Shown here piece after piece: positions 36,161-50,397 of a stretch of 64,000 bases of DNA (position 1 is its first letter; every line of letters starts with the position of its first letter). A program made the translations under genes and the position numbers. The notes beneath the pieces are model-generated. The model did not search any database. It was not told where the DNA came from and saw only the letters and a program-made list of their open reading frames with translations. The stretch is from Selaginella moellendorffii (taxonomy: Eukaryota; Plantae; Lycopodiophyta), in the NCBI RefSeq assembly GCF_000143415.4, contig NW_003314281.1, positions 1,775,882 to 1,839,881 of the forward strand, given 5' to 3'.

Positions 36161-37089
36161 CCTTTGCAATTCATGAGTGATATATATTTTCACAAACAAC
36201 ATATGTTAGTGTAAAAAATTGATTAGAATATGATAGCTTGCATTATAAAGTTAATAATTATTAATTTTGTAAAATAAAGTTTCTTTAAGTATGTATAATA
36301 GTTTAAATTTAAAAAAAAACTGCCTCATACACATTCTTCTTAATATTTATCAGGAATTTAAATTTATAAACTTAAGAAAAAATAATTTCTATTATTCAAA
36401 AAACTAATAAAAATATATCCTTAAATAAATTTCTATGCATTGCATGTAGCAACACTTGGTTTGCTTAATAGTAGTGTTATTCTTACTTATTAATCCAATT
36501 GATCAAATAAAGTTTGTAATTATAAGCATGTTTATAATTTATAAATACAATATTACTCTTATTGCATATCACCCATTAGATGATAGAATAAAAAAGATTA
36601 TACTAGAAAGGGTTTAAGAAATTTTATAAATAAAAACATGTTTTTAAATTATAAATACAAGATTAATCTAAATGAATAACAACTGTTAGATGGTAGAATA
36701 TCCTAGAATATCCAAGCATATTCTAGGTATATCCACTACCATCCCAGTCCCCCTACAGGTTTGCTTAAGCAAACAAAAAACTTAGTTTACCTTTTATTAT
36801 CTTTATGTAGAATTCTTTTAAAAATTTGTAAAGTTTATATAAAAATTTTCCTTTGATTTTTATGATGAATAAAACAAAATCACAGTGACAAAAACAATGT
36901 AATAACTTTTAGAATTTTTAGCTATAAAACCTAAATAAGAAAATTTAAATTTTATATAAAGTAATTTGTTTAGAAGTATTTATAATGAAAATAATAACAT
37001 TTATAATCTTGTGTTTATTTTCCTATTTTGAAATAGCTTATCAAGAGGTGGTAAGTTTATATTAAAGTAAACTTATTTATTTTTCTTAG

Positions 37090-37454
37090 TGTGATTATAC
37101 CATTACCATTAAAACTGGATGTGTTTACTTAGCAGGTACTGATGCAAATGTGGAGATTATATTGTTTTCATTGTCTGGAGTGGTTATTCGTTATAATAAT
37201 TTAGACAATAAAAATCATGATGACTTTGAATATTGTAATATGGATGTATTTCATCTAATAGGTTCATGTCTTTCAGAATATGATAAAATCTGCAAAATAA
37301 TAATATCACATGATAATTCTGGAGCCTATGCTGGATGGTATATTGATTGGGTTGATGTATCAAGTTCATCAACTGATTTTGCACATATTTTGATATAGGA
37401 GCCTGGATTGAAAAAGATAATTTATCATATGTTGGAGATAAATGCAATCTTTAG
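37090..37454 (+). pseudogene. PLAT/LH2 domain exon (plant stress PLAT-like), frameshift near the 3' end
   Basis: After acceptor AG 37089: CDYTITIKTGCVYLAGTDANV...DDFEYCNMDVF...CKIIISHDNSGAYAGWYIDWVDV; the expected FDIGAWI tail lies in another frame. Confidence 0.8.
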
Positions 37455-38649
37455 TAATAGAAATGTTTTATAAATCAATAAGCTGAGAAATATAACTGTT
37501 TTGTTTCTATTATACAGCTTGCAGACTCTGTTGGATGATAAGCATCCCAATAGAAGTATTAAGTTCTTGTAGAACAAACTAATTCTCATGGTAAACAAGT
37601 AAATAATTTCAATAGTGACAATCCACAATAAGTATCATAGCATTCAAAAATTATGTTATACAAACTATAATCCTATTAATAGAGAAAGCAAAAACTTCTT
37701 CCTCCATCCATGTAGTTTCTTTCCTCTCTAGTCTTGAATCTATTCAAATTTGAAGTCAAAATAGTCCTAATGTTTAAATTTTTTCTTTGTATTCATATCC
37801 CCACACTTCTTAAGATAGGATATCAACTAGATGGCAATCCTTATAATAGGCTGCAAGAGATTAGAGATCTGAATTCTTGCCCTAATTGATGAGTAAGCAA
37901 GAATAGTGTCAATGTCCCATAGTTGATGGACTGACAAAGGATCTAACAATACTGACCTCTTACACTTGTGGTAGTAAAGAAAGAATAGATCAAGTTATAG
38001 TGGCTCCAATCTTTGAGTATCACAGCTTGATTCTAGGGTGAGAAAGTGGCCTTCACAACAATTCGCTATAGGTCCATTCCAAAAGCCCCTCCTAAATTTT
38101 AAAATCTACTACTCAGGAAGCAAAACCAAATACTTGTATTATGCCTTGTCCGCAACTTCAATAACAAGGAATGATGTAGTAATGGCATGTAAAGCACCAA
38201 ACACCAGCAAATACTAGATGCTGTTGGTAGGCTAAGGCAATGCATGCATAGCATTAGGCATTGGGTAGAGGTAGTGCTAGAGAGCAATGAGGCTTGTAAA
38301 ATGTTGAAAGAGACACTAGGGTGCTGTGGAGTATTGTTGGGTGCTACATGCTATTAGTGTGTGGGTAGTGAAGCACTCAGGTGAGTTGAGGTGCTCAAGT
38401 GGTGTAGCATTGAGCTGAGTGTTTAGTGGAGGTGTTCAGTGGATCAGAATCCCTACACAGCTCAAAGGCTACAACAAGCTTGAGGGACTAGCTAGAGGTG
38501 CTAGAGATGGCATTATGTTTAGAGAGTTTTTATGGCTCTAGATTAGATTAAATCTTGATCCATGACAGATAGAGACTCTTTGGCAAGTTTTTCCTAAGAG
38601 GGAGATCTTGAGAGGCAGCAATAGGATAAATCAAGAGGCAATAAGCCAG

Positions 38650-41600
38650 ACTCTTATGATGTTTAAGCAAGAGGGAGTATATACTATTTTCTTCATAAGA
38701 TCCAGATTTGACACCTTTCTGATTCTATAGGCTAAATGGTCATTGGAGAGTCATGAGTCATAACCCTTAGTTTCTCCTCTTGTTGTATATATTCAATGTC
38801 ATAGGCTATGGGACTCTTGAGAGGGATACATATATTCTTTTAGAGATTGGAGGGATAAAGCTCTTGAAAGGAAGCACTAAATGTTAGGTGCTAATATAGT
38901 TAGGAGGCATATGATGGCCAAGACTAGATCAAGGAAAGGATGGAGTTTCTCTTAGGTATATTTCCAGTGGGTGTGGATCCAACAATATGATCCAAAACCT
39001 TAGGATGAGGCAAATCACCTTTAGAGAGAGTAGTGAGTGGAGATGAGGATCGAGGAGACTTCTATTCTAGTGTTTAGGCTCTTATGATGTTTGAGAAAGA
39101 GGGAGTATTAGGGTGATATACTCTTCTCCTCAGGTGGCAAGTTTTTGACACCTTTCTAATTTTGTAGGCTAAGTGGTCACTAAAGGGTCATGAGTCATGA
39201 TATATATATATATATTTAATGTGATATATTAAAGATTATCCTTTGCCCATCTATTGTTTTTATTTTTAATAGAAAGTCTAAAAAGCAAGAGGAGATCATT
39301 GCTATTTGTAAGCAATTAAAGAGAATGACTTGAGAGATAATCCATTCGAGTTCAAATATAGAGGGAAAAGCCTGATGAATAAAAGTGCATCCCCTTTTCC
39401 AAATGGTTAAAAGTTGTGAAATATTTTGGTTTAAACATATTTGGTTTTAAGTAGAATTAAGTTAGAAAATCCAAATTCAGGGACTTATATTTGGTATTAG
39501 AGAGGTCTTAAGTTTGACTTTGTAGGTTGGTTAGAGGAATTATTTAAGATTCTATTGTTTAGTTAGGTAAATTACACCATATGTTATTTAACAATCTGTT
39601 TATAAGGGCGTGAACTTGCATTATATACCAATCCAATACTAAACTCCCAAATCATTGCCAATTTTATACTACTAGTGTTGTGAAAAAAAGTTGGCTGTCA
39701 TTGGATCTAGATAAACCCTTATCGAGAATTGAAGATACATGAATAGGCATATTATATTCTAGCTTGATTTACATACTATCCACAACTATACATTGTTTCT
39801 AAGTAGAAATAATTTATTTAGTTTGTTTTAGGATTAACTTGCAAACCTTAGCAAGAAATCTGATACTTTTCTAGATATCATAAACATACTCCTCTCACGT
39901 CCCCTTTAAATGGATCAGACATCGGCAGTCATCTCTAACATATTGCAAAAAAACTTTTTTTATCATTTGCTAGAAATTTGCTAAACCATTAATCAAACTA
40001 AACAACATTACCAAAAAATATTTTAAATAGAATAGTGTATGGAAAGCAATATTGGGAACATGTTCATTGGTTATTAGTACTTGTCAATACCCAAGAAGTA
40101 ATATTTAATATGGTAAACTAACAACTTCTCTCTAGACAATTTAGAAGATTGGTAGGGTGTGGAAGAAAGTACATATTTAGGATAGTCACATTGTTCAACA
40201 AATAATATATATAGGATATATTACTAATATATCTCATAATATATATAAGATTTTTCATAGATGAAGCAGAGTGAAGAGCACTTAAGAGTGTCGTTTTGAA
40301 CAATTTCCCCATATTTTTAGTGTGTTAGATAGTGAAAGGTGTCTTATAAGAATGCTTGACTTGTAGATCTAAATAGAAAAGAGAGAGAAAATAGAGATTT
40401 CTTTCTTTATGTTATCTTAACTATGTCCTATTTAAAGTCATGGCACTGGAAGTAAAAGAAGAATTTAAGAGTGATTTTACATTTTTCTATATTGCATCTT
40501 TTTGCTCAACACCACCATATTTGGAAGCCTAGATCTCACATCTTGTCTAACATTTTTTAGTGATGTATTTGAAGTGACATGTCCTAAGCTTTCTTAGAAT
40601 GGGTGCAAAAATCAAGGATTATTTGGCTACCAAGCAATCAAGGTTTTGAAGGTGAGATTTGGTTCTTGCTTCTTCCAAATCTTAATTATTTTTATCCACA
40701 GTTTTGGATTTTAGTTTTTCATTAGGCTCAAGGTATTAGAGCCTTGGATGAGGTGTTCACCACTGTAAGAAACCAAAGAGAATGATTTGAGAGACAATTC
40801 AAAGGTTTCAAATATAGAGGGAAAGGGCCCATAAACAAAAGTGCACCCTCTTTTCCAATCAGTTAAGGGTTTTAGGATATTTAGGGTTAAACATTCTTGG
40901 GTTTGAAGAGTACTAAGCTGAGTAACCTCTTAAGAAGTCCAAATTCAAGAGTTTACATTTAGTATTGGAGCCTCGTTTTAGCCACAGGGTTATAGCACAT
41001 AAAGGTGGAAGGTGGGGAAAGTACTTACGAGCCTTGTGTAAAGCCACAGTGTTTCAAAATATCATTCCAAAGGATAGTGGGACTTAGTGGTCAAGCCTTT
41101 GGGCATTAACCCGGGAAGGTCTAGCTACCATAAAGCAAGTTATGGAGCAGGTTGTATAAGCCAAGCACAAAAGGATGCTAGAACAAGAAGTAATAGCATA
41201 TAAGGAGAGTTACCACATTATATAGTCATCACTATTGCTACTAATTGGAAACCAAATGTCCACTTACACTCAACTTCTCACAAATTTGCTAAACACCTTA
41301 AAATACTCTATAAAAAAGATTGGTGAGAGGTTAGATCAATTGGAGAATCCCAACAAGTAACAAGTACATCCTAACAACAAGTACTTCCCTTAAGTGAATA
41401 TTGGATGTCAATGATGGGGAATGGGTGCACAATATGATAACTATGACTAAAGATAGAACAACAATCTACCACCAAGCTCATACTAGCAAAAAGCAGAGTC
41501 AATACCTCAACTAAGATGACAAGCAACTTTTATATGCATTTTGGCCATAAGGAGGATTGATATTAGTTCAAGAGGGATTATTTAGCATGTTTTGAACAGT

Positions 41601-42726
41601 TTTAGAGGTTACTTCTAACTTCACAACATGTGTTAGAAAATGCTTACTTGGTTGACTCACTAGTTGGTGGGGTATCATCTTTATAAGAGCCATAAGCTCT
41701 ACAAGATATCAAGAAGAAAAGTATAGCAATGATTTCAACTTATCAAAAGAACTCTCTCTAAGTGCTTTACTTCAACTATGAGAAATTTACTCCTATATAT
41801 ACTATAGGATATGTTAGTATGTATTTGGCAACCTTCATCTAGCCATATTCATCCTAGATGTATGAATTCAAGATCTTTGGTGTGCACCCCTTAAGGTGCT
41901 TTCTCATACTTCAGCTAAGGATCATCAAAATTATAAATCTTGATATGGCAAACTACAAGTCATATATGCATGAAGACTAAGCCCAAAACTCTAAGGCATA
42001 TGCAAAAGAAAAAAAGAAAAAATCTAATTAATCACGTCATGCCCTTTTGTAGCGCATCTTATTTCTCTTCCTTTAAGCCAACTGAAAAAGGGGCAATTGT
42101 TTGATGAGAGAGCCTTTAGTGGCTATTTTATCCCCATTTATCCCCCAAGGTTCCAAGGATCCACGGTGATAGTATATTCAAATCTCATCCCATGATCACA
42201 TGTGCTACACCTTCACTCAATCATGGTTGTAAGTAAGTCTTCTACCAAGTGCTTGAGAACTAAAGTGAAACCATTAGCTTAGAAGAGTTGAGAAGCACTA
42301 TTTTTTAGTAAAAAGTGGCAACATGCAATAGAAATTTAGTACATTGGTGTCGTGAATATGACTTTGAGTATCAAAAAATATTTGTTGGCCAATTATACTA
42401 ATGAGTTAAGTGTACTTAGATCAGATGAGCATAAAAATGGAATTCCTATATGTTATTAGTTAAATATACTTAGCCTAGTAAAGAGTTCCTATCTTGTTAG
42501 TGACAAGAACCCTCGTATATTAAGTCTAGTCCCTCAATATTATTATGTGATAGCTTATTGTGTCTGCCAAACACTTTTGTTATCATGTCTTATGTGTTAG
42601 TTTCGTTCTAGATCCATATACTATTTATGGTAAGTGTCTAAATCCACTCAAGAGGCATATCTACAGAATGTAGAGAGTGTCCTAAACCCTATGATGTTGT
42701 TCCTAATCCCTAATTTGCAATTTCAA
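38650..42726. mobile_element. Highly degenerate LTR-retrotransposon debris with internal duplications; ends in an LTR segment that hosts the gypsy insertion
   Basis: 38650-38760 resembles 39079-39200; 39320-39505 resembles 40778-40970; 42440-42726 resembles the LTR at 60920-61200. Confidence 0.55.
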
Positions 42727-42933
42727 TGTGAGTGCATGGAATATGGAAAGGGAATACAGAAATGTGCATATCAATTAGCCCAAAAAACCCTAGCTTATAT
42801 ACAGGAGCGAGTGGTTCGGATTGAAACCAATCCGACGGCTACCAAAATCCACTACGTTAATATTAGTATACGGCATCGTAGCCGTACACTTGGCCCTCAC
42901 ATCATCCCCTCCTCTCGGAATAATGGAAGGCCA

Positions 42934-45900
42934 TCAGGGTTCTCTTGTAGATGGGCCGGGATCTGGAGGAACGTCAGGAGGAGGCATCGGTGGATCTGTA
43001 GACGGTATTAACTGCTCCTGATCCCTCTGTATGAAGCGTTTTAACTGCTGCACATGCACAATCTCCGGAGGATCGGCCTGCTGAACGTCATGCCGAACCT
43101 CATAAACTTGTGGTCCAACTTGCCGCAACACCCGATACGGTCCTTTCCACTGCGCAAGGAGCCCCTTAGATAAACCACGTACCGTAAGATGGGGAAAACG
43201 GACTAACACCAAATCATCCACGTTGTACTCCGCTGGTGGACGATGATGGGAATTGTAGCGCCGTTGTTGTCCCACTTGTACGCGGCCTAAGTGTTCAGCA
43301 GACTCTGCTCGGACAAGTGGAAGAATGCTTGTCAAATATTGATCCCATCAGGAGCTCGTGGCAATCGCGAAGGTAAACCTAGCTCTGTTGGTAATATTGG
43401 ATCATGACCATATAGAAGTTTATATGGTGAAGCACCAACAGAACTCTGCACCCCTGTGACATAAGCATACCGAAGAGACGGCAAATAACCATCCCAATCC
43501 GAATGTTGAAAGTTCACATACTTCACAATCATCCCTTTGAACGTCCGAACGAGCCGTTCCACCAGACCGTCTGATTGTGGATGATAAGCACTCGTAAAAG
43601 TGTGGCGTATCCCCAACCGAGATGTCAAAACATGAAATACCTCAGCCATAAATGCAGGACCATTATCCGAAAGAATCCGTTCTGGACAAGAATGCTGGAA
43701 CACCACTCGATTGAGGAGGAAGTATCCAACAGCAGTTGCAGAGGCACTAGCAAGAGCACCAACTTCCACCCAACGAGTCAAGTAGTCAGAAGCAATAATA
43801 ACATACTCATTGCCAGCAGTCGATCGCGGAAAAGGTCCCATAAGATCAAACGCCACCAACTCAAACAGACGAGAAACTGCAATTGACTCCAACCGTCCTT
43901 CCGCAGCACAAGGGGGAGTATTACGAGCTTGGCACCAAACGCAGCTACGCACATACCGGATAATATCACGTCGCATCTCTGGCCAATAGAAAGATCTGCG
44001 CAACTTCTCGGTGACACGACGGTGTCCCATATGCCCACCTAGAATAGGAGAATCATGGTAGGCATGGAGAAACTGCGGAATAAACACCGAAGGCACCACC
44101 AGCCGTAAATGAGCATCAGGATCCGTCCCCACAAAATAAAAAAGGCCATCTTCAAGGCGATATTGAGAATGTAAATGCCGAAAAGGCAAGTCATCAGCAA
44201 GTGATGCAGGATTCTCAAACCCATCTCAAAGCCTTCGAATCCACGGCTCAATCTTTTGAGCCTCGCGAACCTCATCCAGAGAAGGTAGATCTTGCTCTAC
44301 GCCCTGTGGACACTGAACGTCAAGGACAGCAACCGCCGACGGCACAGAATCCTCATCTAGAAAATCCACAGATGCTGGAACAACAGGTTCGTCAGAAACA
44401 TGAGAAGTGAGTGGAGAAGGAAGAGGAGCTCGAGAAAGGGCATCAGCATCAGCCATAGAACTCCCTGGGCGATGAACAACATCGAAATCATATATCTGAA
44501 GCTTCAAAGCCCATCGAGCCGTACGACCAACCAGGTTCTTTCGCTTCAATAATGAAGTAACAGCAGCATGGTCACCTTCAAGTAACGTCCGAGAACCATG
44601 TAGATAGGCATGAAGTTTCTCGAAACCCCAGACTGCTGCTAAACACTCCTTCTCCGTCGTGGAGTAGTTCATCTCCGCTGGTTGTAATGTACGGCTTATG
44701 TATGCAATGGGATGGCGCTGACCAGGCACACTCAAGCTCTCTTGCATCAACACACCTCCAAGACCAATGTCAGAAGCATCCACGCGCAAAATAAAAGGTC
44801 GAGTGTAGTCAGGATATGCCAAAACCGGAGGAGTCGTCAATAGCTCTTTGAGATTCACGAACGCCCGCTCACAATCGGGAGACCAGATGAAAGATGACGT
44901 TGATGACTTCAGCAATGCTCGCAATGGTAAAGTGCGATCGGAAAGATGATCCACAAAACGACCGAGATACTGCACCTTACCCAAAAAGCGCTACACATCA
45001 TTCACACACTTCGGAGTAGGGAACTTTAGAACAGCCACAAGTTTGTCAGGATCAACTTGCAAACCCTCACGAGAAATACGGTACCCAAGATAAGTTGTGT
45101 CCTTGGACCCAAACACGCACTTCGACCGCTTCAGCTTTAAACCAACGTCGCGTAGCCAATCCAACACTTTACAAACATCACGAACATGCTCCTCCCACGT
45201 CCCCTCCGAGTGGATCAAGACATCATCAATGAAGTCAGCCGTCACCTCCGGCATATCGCAAAGAACCTCGTCCATCATTCGCTGAAAAGTTGCTGGAGCA
45301 TTGTTCAAACCAAACGGCATCACCAAAAACTCGTACAAACCAAATGGTGTATGAAAAGCAGTCTTAGGAATATCGTCTTCAGCCATCGGTACTTGCCAAT
45401 ACCCAGAAGCAAGATCTAGCTTGGTGAACCAACGACTTCGCCCCAGACGATCCAAGAGATCAGCAGTGTGAGGAAGAGGGTACACGTCCGGGATCGTCAC
45501 TTCATTTAACGGACGATAGTCGATGCAGAAACGAATACTCCCATCAGGCTTCATCACAAGATGAGGTTCACATGCCCAAGGACTCCGCGACTTCCGAATA
45601 ACACCCTTCTCCAACATCTCCTTGACGTTTGCACGTAAAATCTTGATCTCCTTGGGTGACCGACGACGAACAGGAACCTTGATTGGACGAGCATCCCCGG
45701 TTGGAATGGGATGACATGTGGCAATCTTGGCCCCAGACGATAGGTCAAATTCAAAGAGATCAGAATACTCCTTCATGAGCTGGTCAACAGCTGCAACACA
45801 AAGATCATCGGAGGGATCGGAAAAGGGAAGAGCAGAACAAGATGGAAACACAAAAGGAAATAATGGAGGAACAAAAGTAATGGAAGCAGAGGTAGAAGTA

Positions 45901-46410
45901 GAGGGACGAAGAGGTACGGAAGTGAGAGGAATGGATGAAACATAAGGAAGGATGAGACAAGGGGGAAAAGCCTCAAAGTCACATTTGGCATGATTGTGCT
46001 GCAACCAATCCATACCAAGAATGAGGTCAAAAGCTTGACTCGGCACCACCCGCAATAACTGCAACTCAAGCTCGAGATTGCCCACACGCACAACCAGGTC
46101 CGCCTCATCTCGTGCACATGCATGTGTACGGCCGTTGCCATAAAGAATGAAAACTGGATCCGCCGCACGACGCAAGTGTAGACGACAACGTGTGGCAACA
46201 GGTCGAGCAATAGAAGGTAAACTCGAACCTGTATCAACCAACACGGAGAGAAGAATAGGAGACCTCTTGTTATAAAAACGAGCTTGGAAAGTAAACACTG
46301 GATGAACCGGTGCCGAGTGAACCCCTTAATGATACTCCCGAAAGAAAGATGGAGGGGTCACTAACTTATTCGCGCAAGGTCCCTCCATTACTCGCGCGAC
46401 TCCTCATTTC
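42934..46410 (-). pseudogene. pol: Pol (protease, RT, RNase H, integrase with GPY motif) in the -1 frame, with stops and one frameshift
   Basis: LVDTGS; RFCIDYR, KLDLASGYWQ, FIDD; VDASDIGLG, EKECLA; HHCC, DLMGP, SDNG, GLVER; WKGPY. Decayed slippery site GGGAAAT (from GGGAAAC) at 46412-46406. Confidence 0.92.
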
Positions 46411-47320
46411 CCGAATGCACCTCGGTATCCAAACCTTCCACCGCAGCAGCACCAACGGGACGTTGCTGACGCCAAGGTCTCCACCCAGGAAATGGAGGTC
46501 GCCAATCCGGAAAGCGCCGACAACGCCGATAAGTATGACCAACTTCATCACACGCCCAGCAACGAATGTCACGGCCACGACCACGTCCTCGCCCTTGTCC
46601 TTGGACTCGAGTAGCAGCAGCATCAACCTCCATGGGAACAGGACCATCACTCATAGGAAGTGGAGCTGAAGGACGTGTAGCAAGAAGTGGAAGAGGCGAC
46701 GTCTCATAACGTTGTGCCAAGCGAAGAGCATCGTCAAGAGTGGCAGGAGCAAGTGTATGCACAAGTCCGACAAGATCTTGACGAAGTGCTGGCCACAGCA
46801 TTCCTAGCTTGATCCGCTCCGACATATTTGGCTCCGCACGAAGCAAAAGACTTCGGAAACGAACGCCAAATTGCATCACCGACTCAGATGGCCCTTGGCG
46901 AAGACGATGCAATTGTTGGAAGGCATCATCACAATCGTCGGCGTGTCCGAAGGCGCGTTTGAAGACGTCCGGAAGAACACTCCAATCGCCACGAGTAGCT
47001 GCGCTCAATCCATTGTACCACTGCAATGCCGTCCCTTGAAGACATGTGGGGAACTCACGCAAACGTCGAGCATCATCCCAAGAATGATATGTGGCAATCA
47101 CCGTGAAGTGATCGAACCAATGGTACACATCATCCCCAGGATTCCCACGAAAGAACTCCGGCCGAACGCGAGGATTGGCACCAAAAGCAGGAGGAGTTGT
47201 ACCATGTGCCGTGAACGCCGCCATCAACTGAGTTTGGTTGTTCAATTGCAGGCGCATAGCATCAAGCAATTGAACCAACTGCTGCTCTAGAGTCAAAGGA
47301 GGAGATTGCGGATCGGCCAT
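46388..47320 (-). CDS. gag: Gag with CCHC zinc knuckle
   Basis: LQGTALQWY, LRQGPSESV, PVPMEVD, CWACDEVGHTYRRC. Confidence 0.92.
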   Translation of the reverse strand: MADPQSPPLTLEQQLVQLLDAMRLQLNNQTQLMAAFTAHGTTPPAFGANPRVRPEFFRGNPGDDVYHWFDHFTVIATYHSWDDARRLREFPTCLQGTALQWYNGLSAATRGDWSVLPDVFKRAFGHADDCDDAFQQLHRLRQGPSESVMQFGVRFRSLLLRAEPNMSERIKLGMLWPALRQDLVGLVHTLAPATLDDALRLAQRYETSPLPLLATRPSAPLPMSDGPVPMEVDAAATRVQGQGRGRGRGRDIRCWACDEVGHTYRRCRRFPDWRPPFPGWRPWRQQRPVGAAAVEGLDTEVHSGNEESRE

Positions 47321-48651
47321 GAAAATGAATGAGAAAGAAAGAGCAAAAGAAGAGAAATGACAAAAAGCTGGAATGAAATGGTAGATCTAGACAATGCAAA
47401 AAGCTAAATCTAAACCAAAATCCTGAAAGGAAAGAACAAAAGAAAGGAAATGGAAAAAGCTAAATCTAGACAATGGAAAAGCTAGATCTAAACCAAAATC
47501 CCAAATCCAAGCACTCCCCAGGGACAATCAAAGGTGCCCCTCATCTCCACCAATGTGAGTGCATGGAATATGGAAAGGGAATACAGAAATGTGCATATCA
47601 ATTAGCCCAAAAAACCCTAGCTTATATACAGGAGCGAGTGGTCCGGATTGAAACCAATCCGACGGCTACCAAAATCCACTACGCTAATATTAGTATACGG
47701 CATCGTAGCCGTACACTTGGCCCTCACAGTGCCATTCCATATTCCATATTAGTAAATTTCATATTTGCCCTAAAGACTAACTCTTGGGAGGGGGGGGGAG
47801 GTGGGGTTGAGAGTGTACTGGGCCTTCATTTCGTAATGCAATAGGCTTAGAGTTCAGCTCCAAATTTAGGTGCACTACAATTAGTTTTGCAATTATTTGG
47901 TTCTCCATCATTAATATGGCTTGATTAAATTTCAATTTAGATTGTGTTTAGCATAATATGTAAGAGTGGGAGTGTTCTTGAGCATCTGTTTAATGATAGT
48001 GCATGGTCTACTCCATTCAACTACCATGGATTTCTCTTCTAATCCTTTAGAAAGTTTTCATGAGAAAATCTAAATTGGTAGTGAATGTTGTGGAAAATAA
48101 AGTTGACAGTCAAATGTTGATTTGCTGCAATAATTAAGATAGCTTTTACCCATTTGGTGCAAGCATATAGGGATGTTATGATGTGAATTTGACCATTTAC
48201 AATTCTCGAAAGTGAAAGCTATTGCAAATACCCACAATTGTAACTAAACTAAGTGCCACTTTATTTCAAAGATTAAAATAAATAAAAGCATTGGGAGCTA
48301 AGACTTGGTTGTTATAGGAAATTTCAAATTGATTATGAATCAAGTCAAAGAGCACAAGAGGAAAATGCTATAAATAAATTTTGGTAAAAAATATGGCTAC
48401 CTAAATTTATTTTCCTTCACCATATTCTCCCTATAACAAGTGTGCCCGACCACACATATTTACATACCATCCTATATAAGAGTTTGTTAGAGAGGGGGGT
48501 TTCAAATATATAGTACGGAAAGTGGTTGGAATGTATGGTTTGACCATCTAAAATATTAATATGACTTCCACTAAGTTGTATTGCTTCTTGTTTTATGCTC
48601 GGCTTAGGTTTAAGCCCAAATTCCATGCTGCTTTAGTTGGTAGGATACCCT

Positions 48652-50140
48652 CACATGTGATTTTTACCCTTTATCCTATGGTGATTTACTATAGGATGAC
48701 CATAAAGCAGAACCTAAACCCTCTTTGTGCCATGTGACAAATGCCACATGTCCAAAGAACAGTGGTGTGGAGCCTGAGGTTCAGGGGCTTAGGCCACTGA
48801 ACGAAGGAACGGTGCCAAACTCCCAAGCATGGAGCCAAGGAGTGATAGAATCGGACCACGGAGCAACTCCCGAGCATGTAGCCCAAGGAGTGAAGGGACA
48901 GGAGCACGGAGTGACTTGGAATAGTCCTAGAGTATCCACTTTCCCAATGCTAGGATCAGCACACAAAATGGACCCAAATAGAGTTTGGCGCTATTTTAGC
49001 ATATCGGTGGCCTAACGTGAGGACATGGGTACTCCACTAGCTAGCATGGTGTGGAACTTGAGCTTAGACCCAAGACAGACATAGAATAAGGATAGGCACG
49101 CAAGCGGGAGCTAGACTATGCCTCAAGTTAGTTAACCATGCCCGACCTGCCCACTATCCCTACTGTACATTTAGAACCCCCTACAACACCCCCCCACCCC
49201 CTTTGAGGAACACATGCTTTGGGCTTTCACCTCAAGCCTCCCTTGGTATTAGGAGTTAGTCTCTGGGACAAACTCAAAACTTACTAAATATGGAATGTCC
49301 CTAGATTGCGAATTTGGACACGGGACAAACACTATTGTATTTAGGACAATCTCTACATTCCGTAAATATGCCAAATGAGCAAATCTGGACACTTTTTATA
49401 AATAGCATTTAAGACTGCACTAGTCGCAGAGCAACCAACAATTACTCTTCAACTTGCCTTCACAAGACTCAAACACTAAACTCACATCATCAAGTCATAT
49501 ACTTGTCTAACATGAATGTGATACATCTAATATTCCTAGACTGAGAGTCATTCTTTCTTGAGGATGGAAAATTTTCCACAAATGTTCTTAAGCTTTTCCA
49601 ATGGCTAATCTGTTCATCACTTTGCCCGAAAACCATTCCATTTTTGTAAGCTAATACACTCTAGTGAAAGGGTTGGAGTTGATTTCAGTTAGCTTAGACT
49701 TTAGTAAGTAGTTTTTTATAATGCAACCCGAAAGGGATGCTAACTTTTGGGGTTAAGGCAATTGAGTTGGATAGAGTCTAAAGTTGGTGTAGAAAAGTGG
49801 CTATTGCACTTTTTTAAGGGCTGTTGCACCCTAAACCTTTATGCCTTTCTTTTGTAATGTTATGCTTGCACTTTGCATTTTGTTAGATTTTATGAGAGTA
49901 GTGAGCTCTCACTGATCTTGACTTAGTCTTGGTAGCCCTGCACCTTGGCTGAGGATGGTGATGTCCAACTTAGTTGTTTGAGGTTTAGATGTTATTACTC
50001 GTACTATAGCTTTGTCTATGAGGAGGTTGTGTACAGATATAAGTCCATCTCATGGTCATCACTTTAGTTTTGGCTAAGTGTTGATAATGCATAACTAACC
50101 TCTTCAAAGGCATACTTAGAGCTATTGGTTAGTCTAATAG
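48652..50140. mobile_element. Inverted LTR segment and shuffled internal pieces of the Met-primed LTR family
   Basis: 48652-49410 is the reverse complement of LTR sequence at 52030-52520 and 61110-61330; 49535-50140 matches 57565-58160. Confidence 0.75.
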
Positions 50141-50397
50141 CCTAACCTCTAGATCACCATGGGTTGAAAGTTTTCTCAGTGCAATCGATCGCAAGCAGTG
50201 CTGGAATGAATCCCTAGTCTCGCATTGTAGATGGAACTCGAAGTTCCTATGCTGTGCTTGCCTTTGCTTTGCCGACCAAATTTTCTGGGTAGGAGCTGGA
50301 ACCCAAACTTCGTTCCAATCGGACGAAGCCTCGCGATTCTCAGTCGCCGATCACGCTCTGTGGAGGTGGCCTAATTACAGTCTACTAAGAATGGGCC

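Larger units (their letters stand above)
42727..47728 (-). mobile_element. Full-length compact Ty3/gypsy LTR retrotransposon (5.0 kb), no chromodomain
   Basis: 175-bp TG...CA LTRs at 42727-42901 and 47554-47728 with 2 C/T differences; PBS TGGTGGAGATG (tRNA-Ala type) at 47552-47542; PPT GAGAGGAGGGGATGA at 42916-42902; order gag-PR-RT-RH-IN. Confidence 0.97.
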
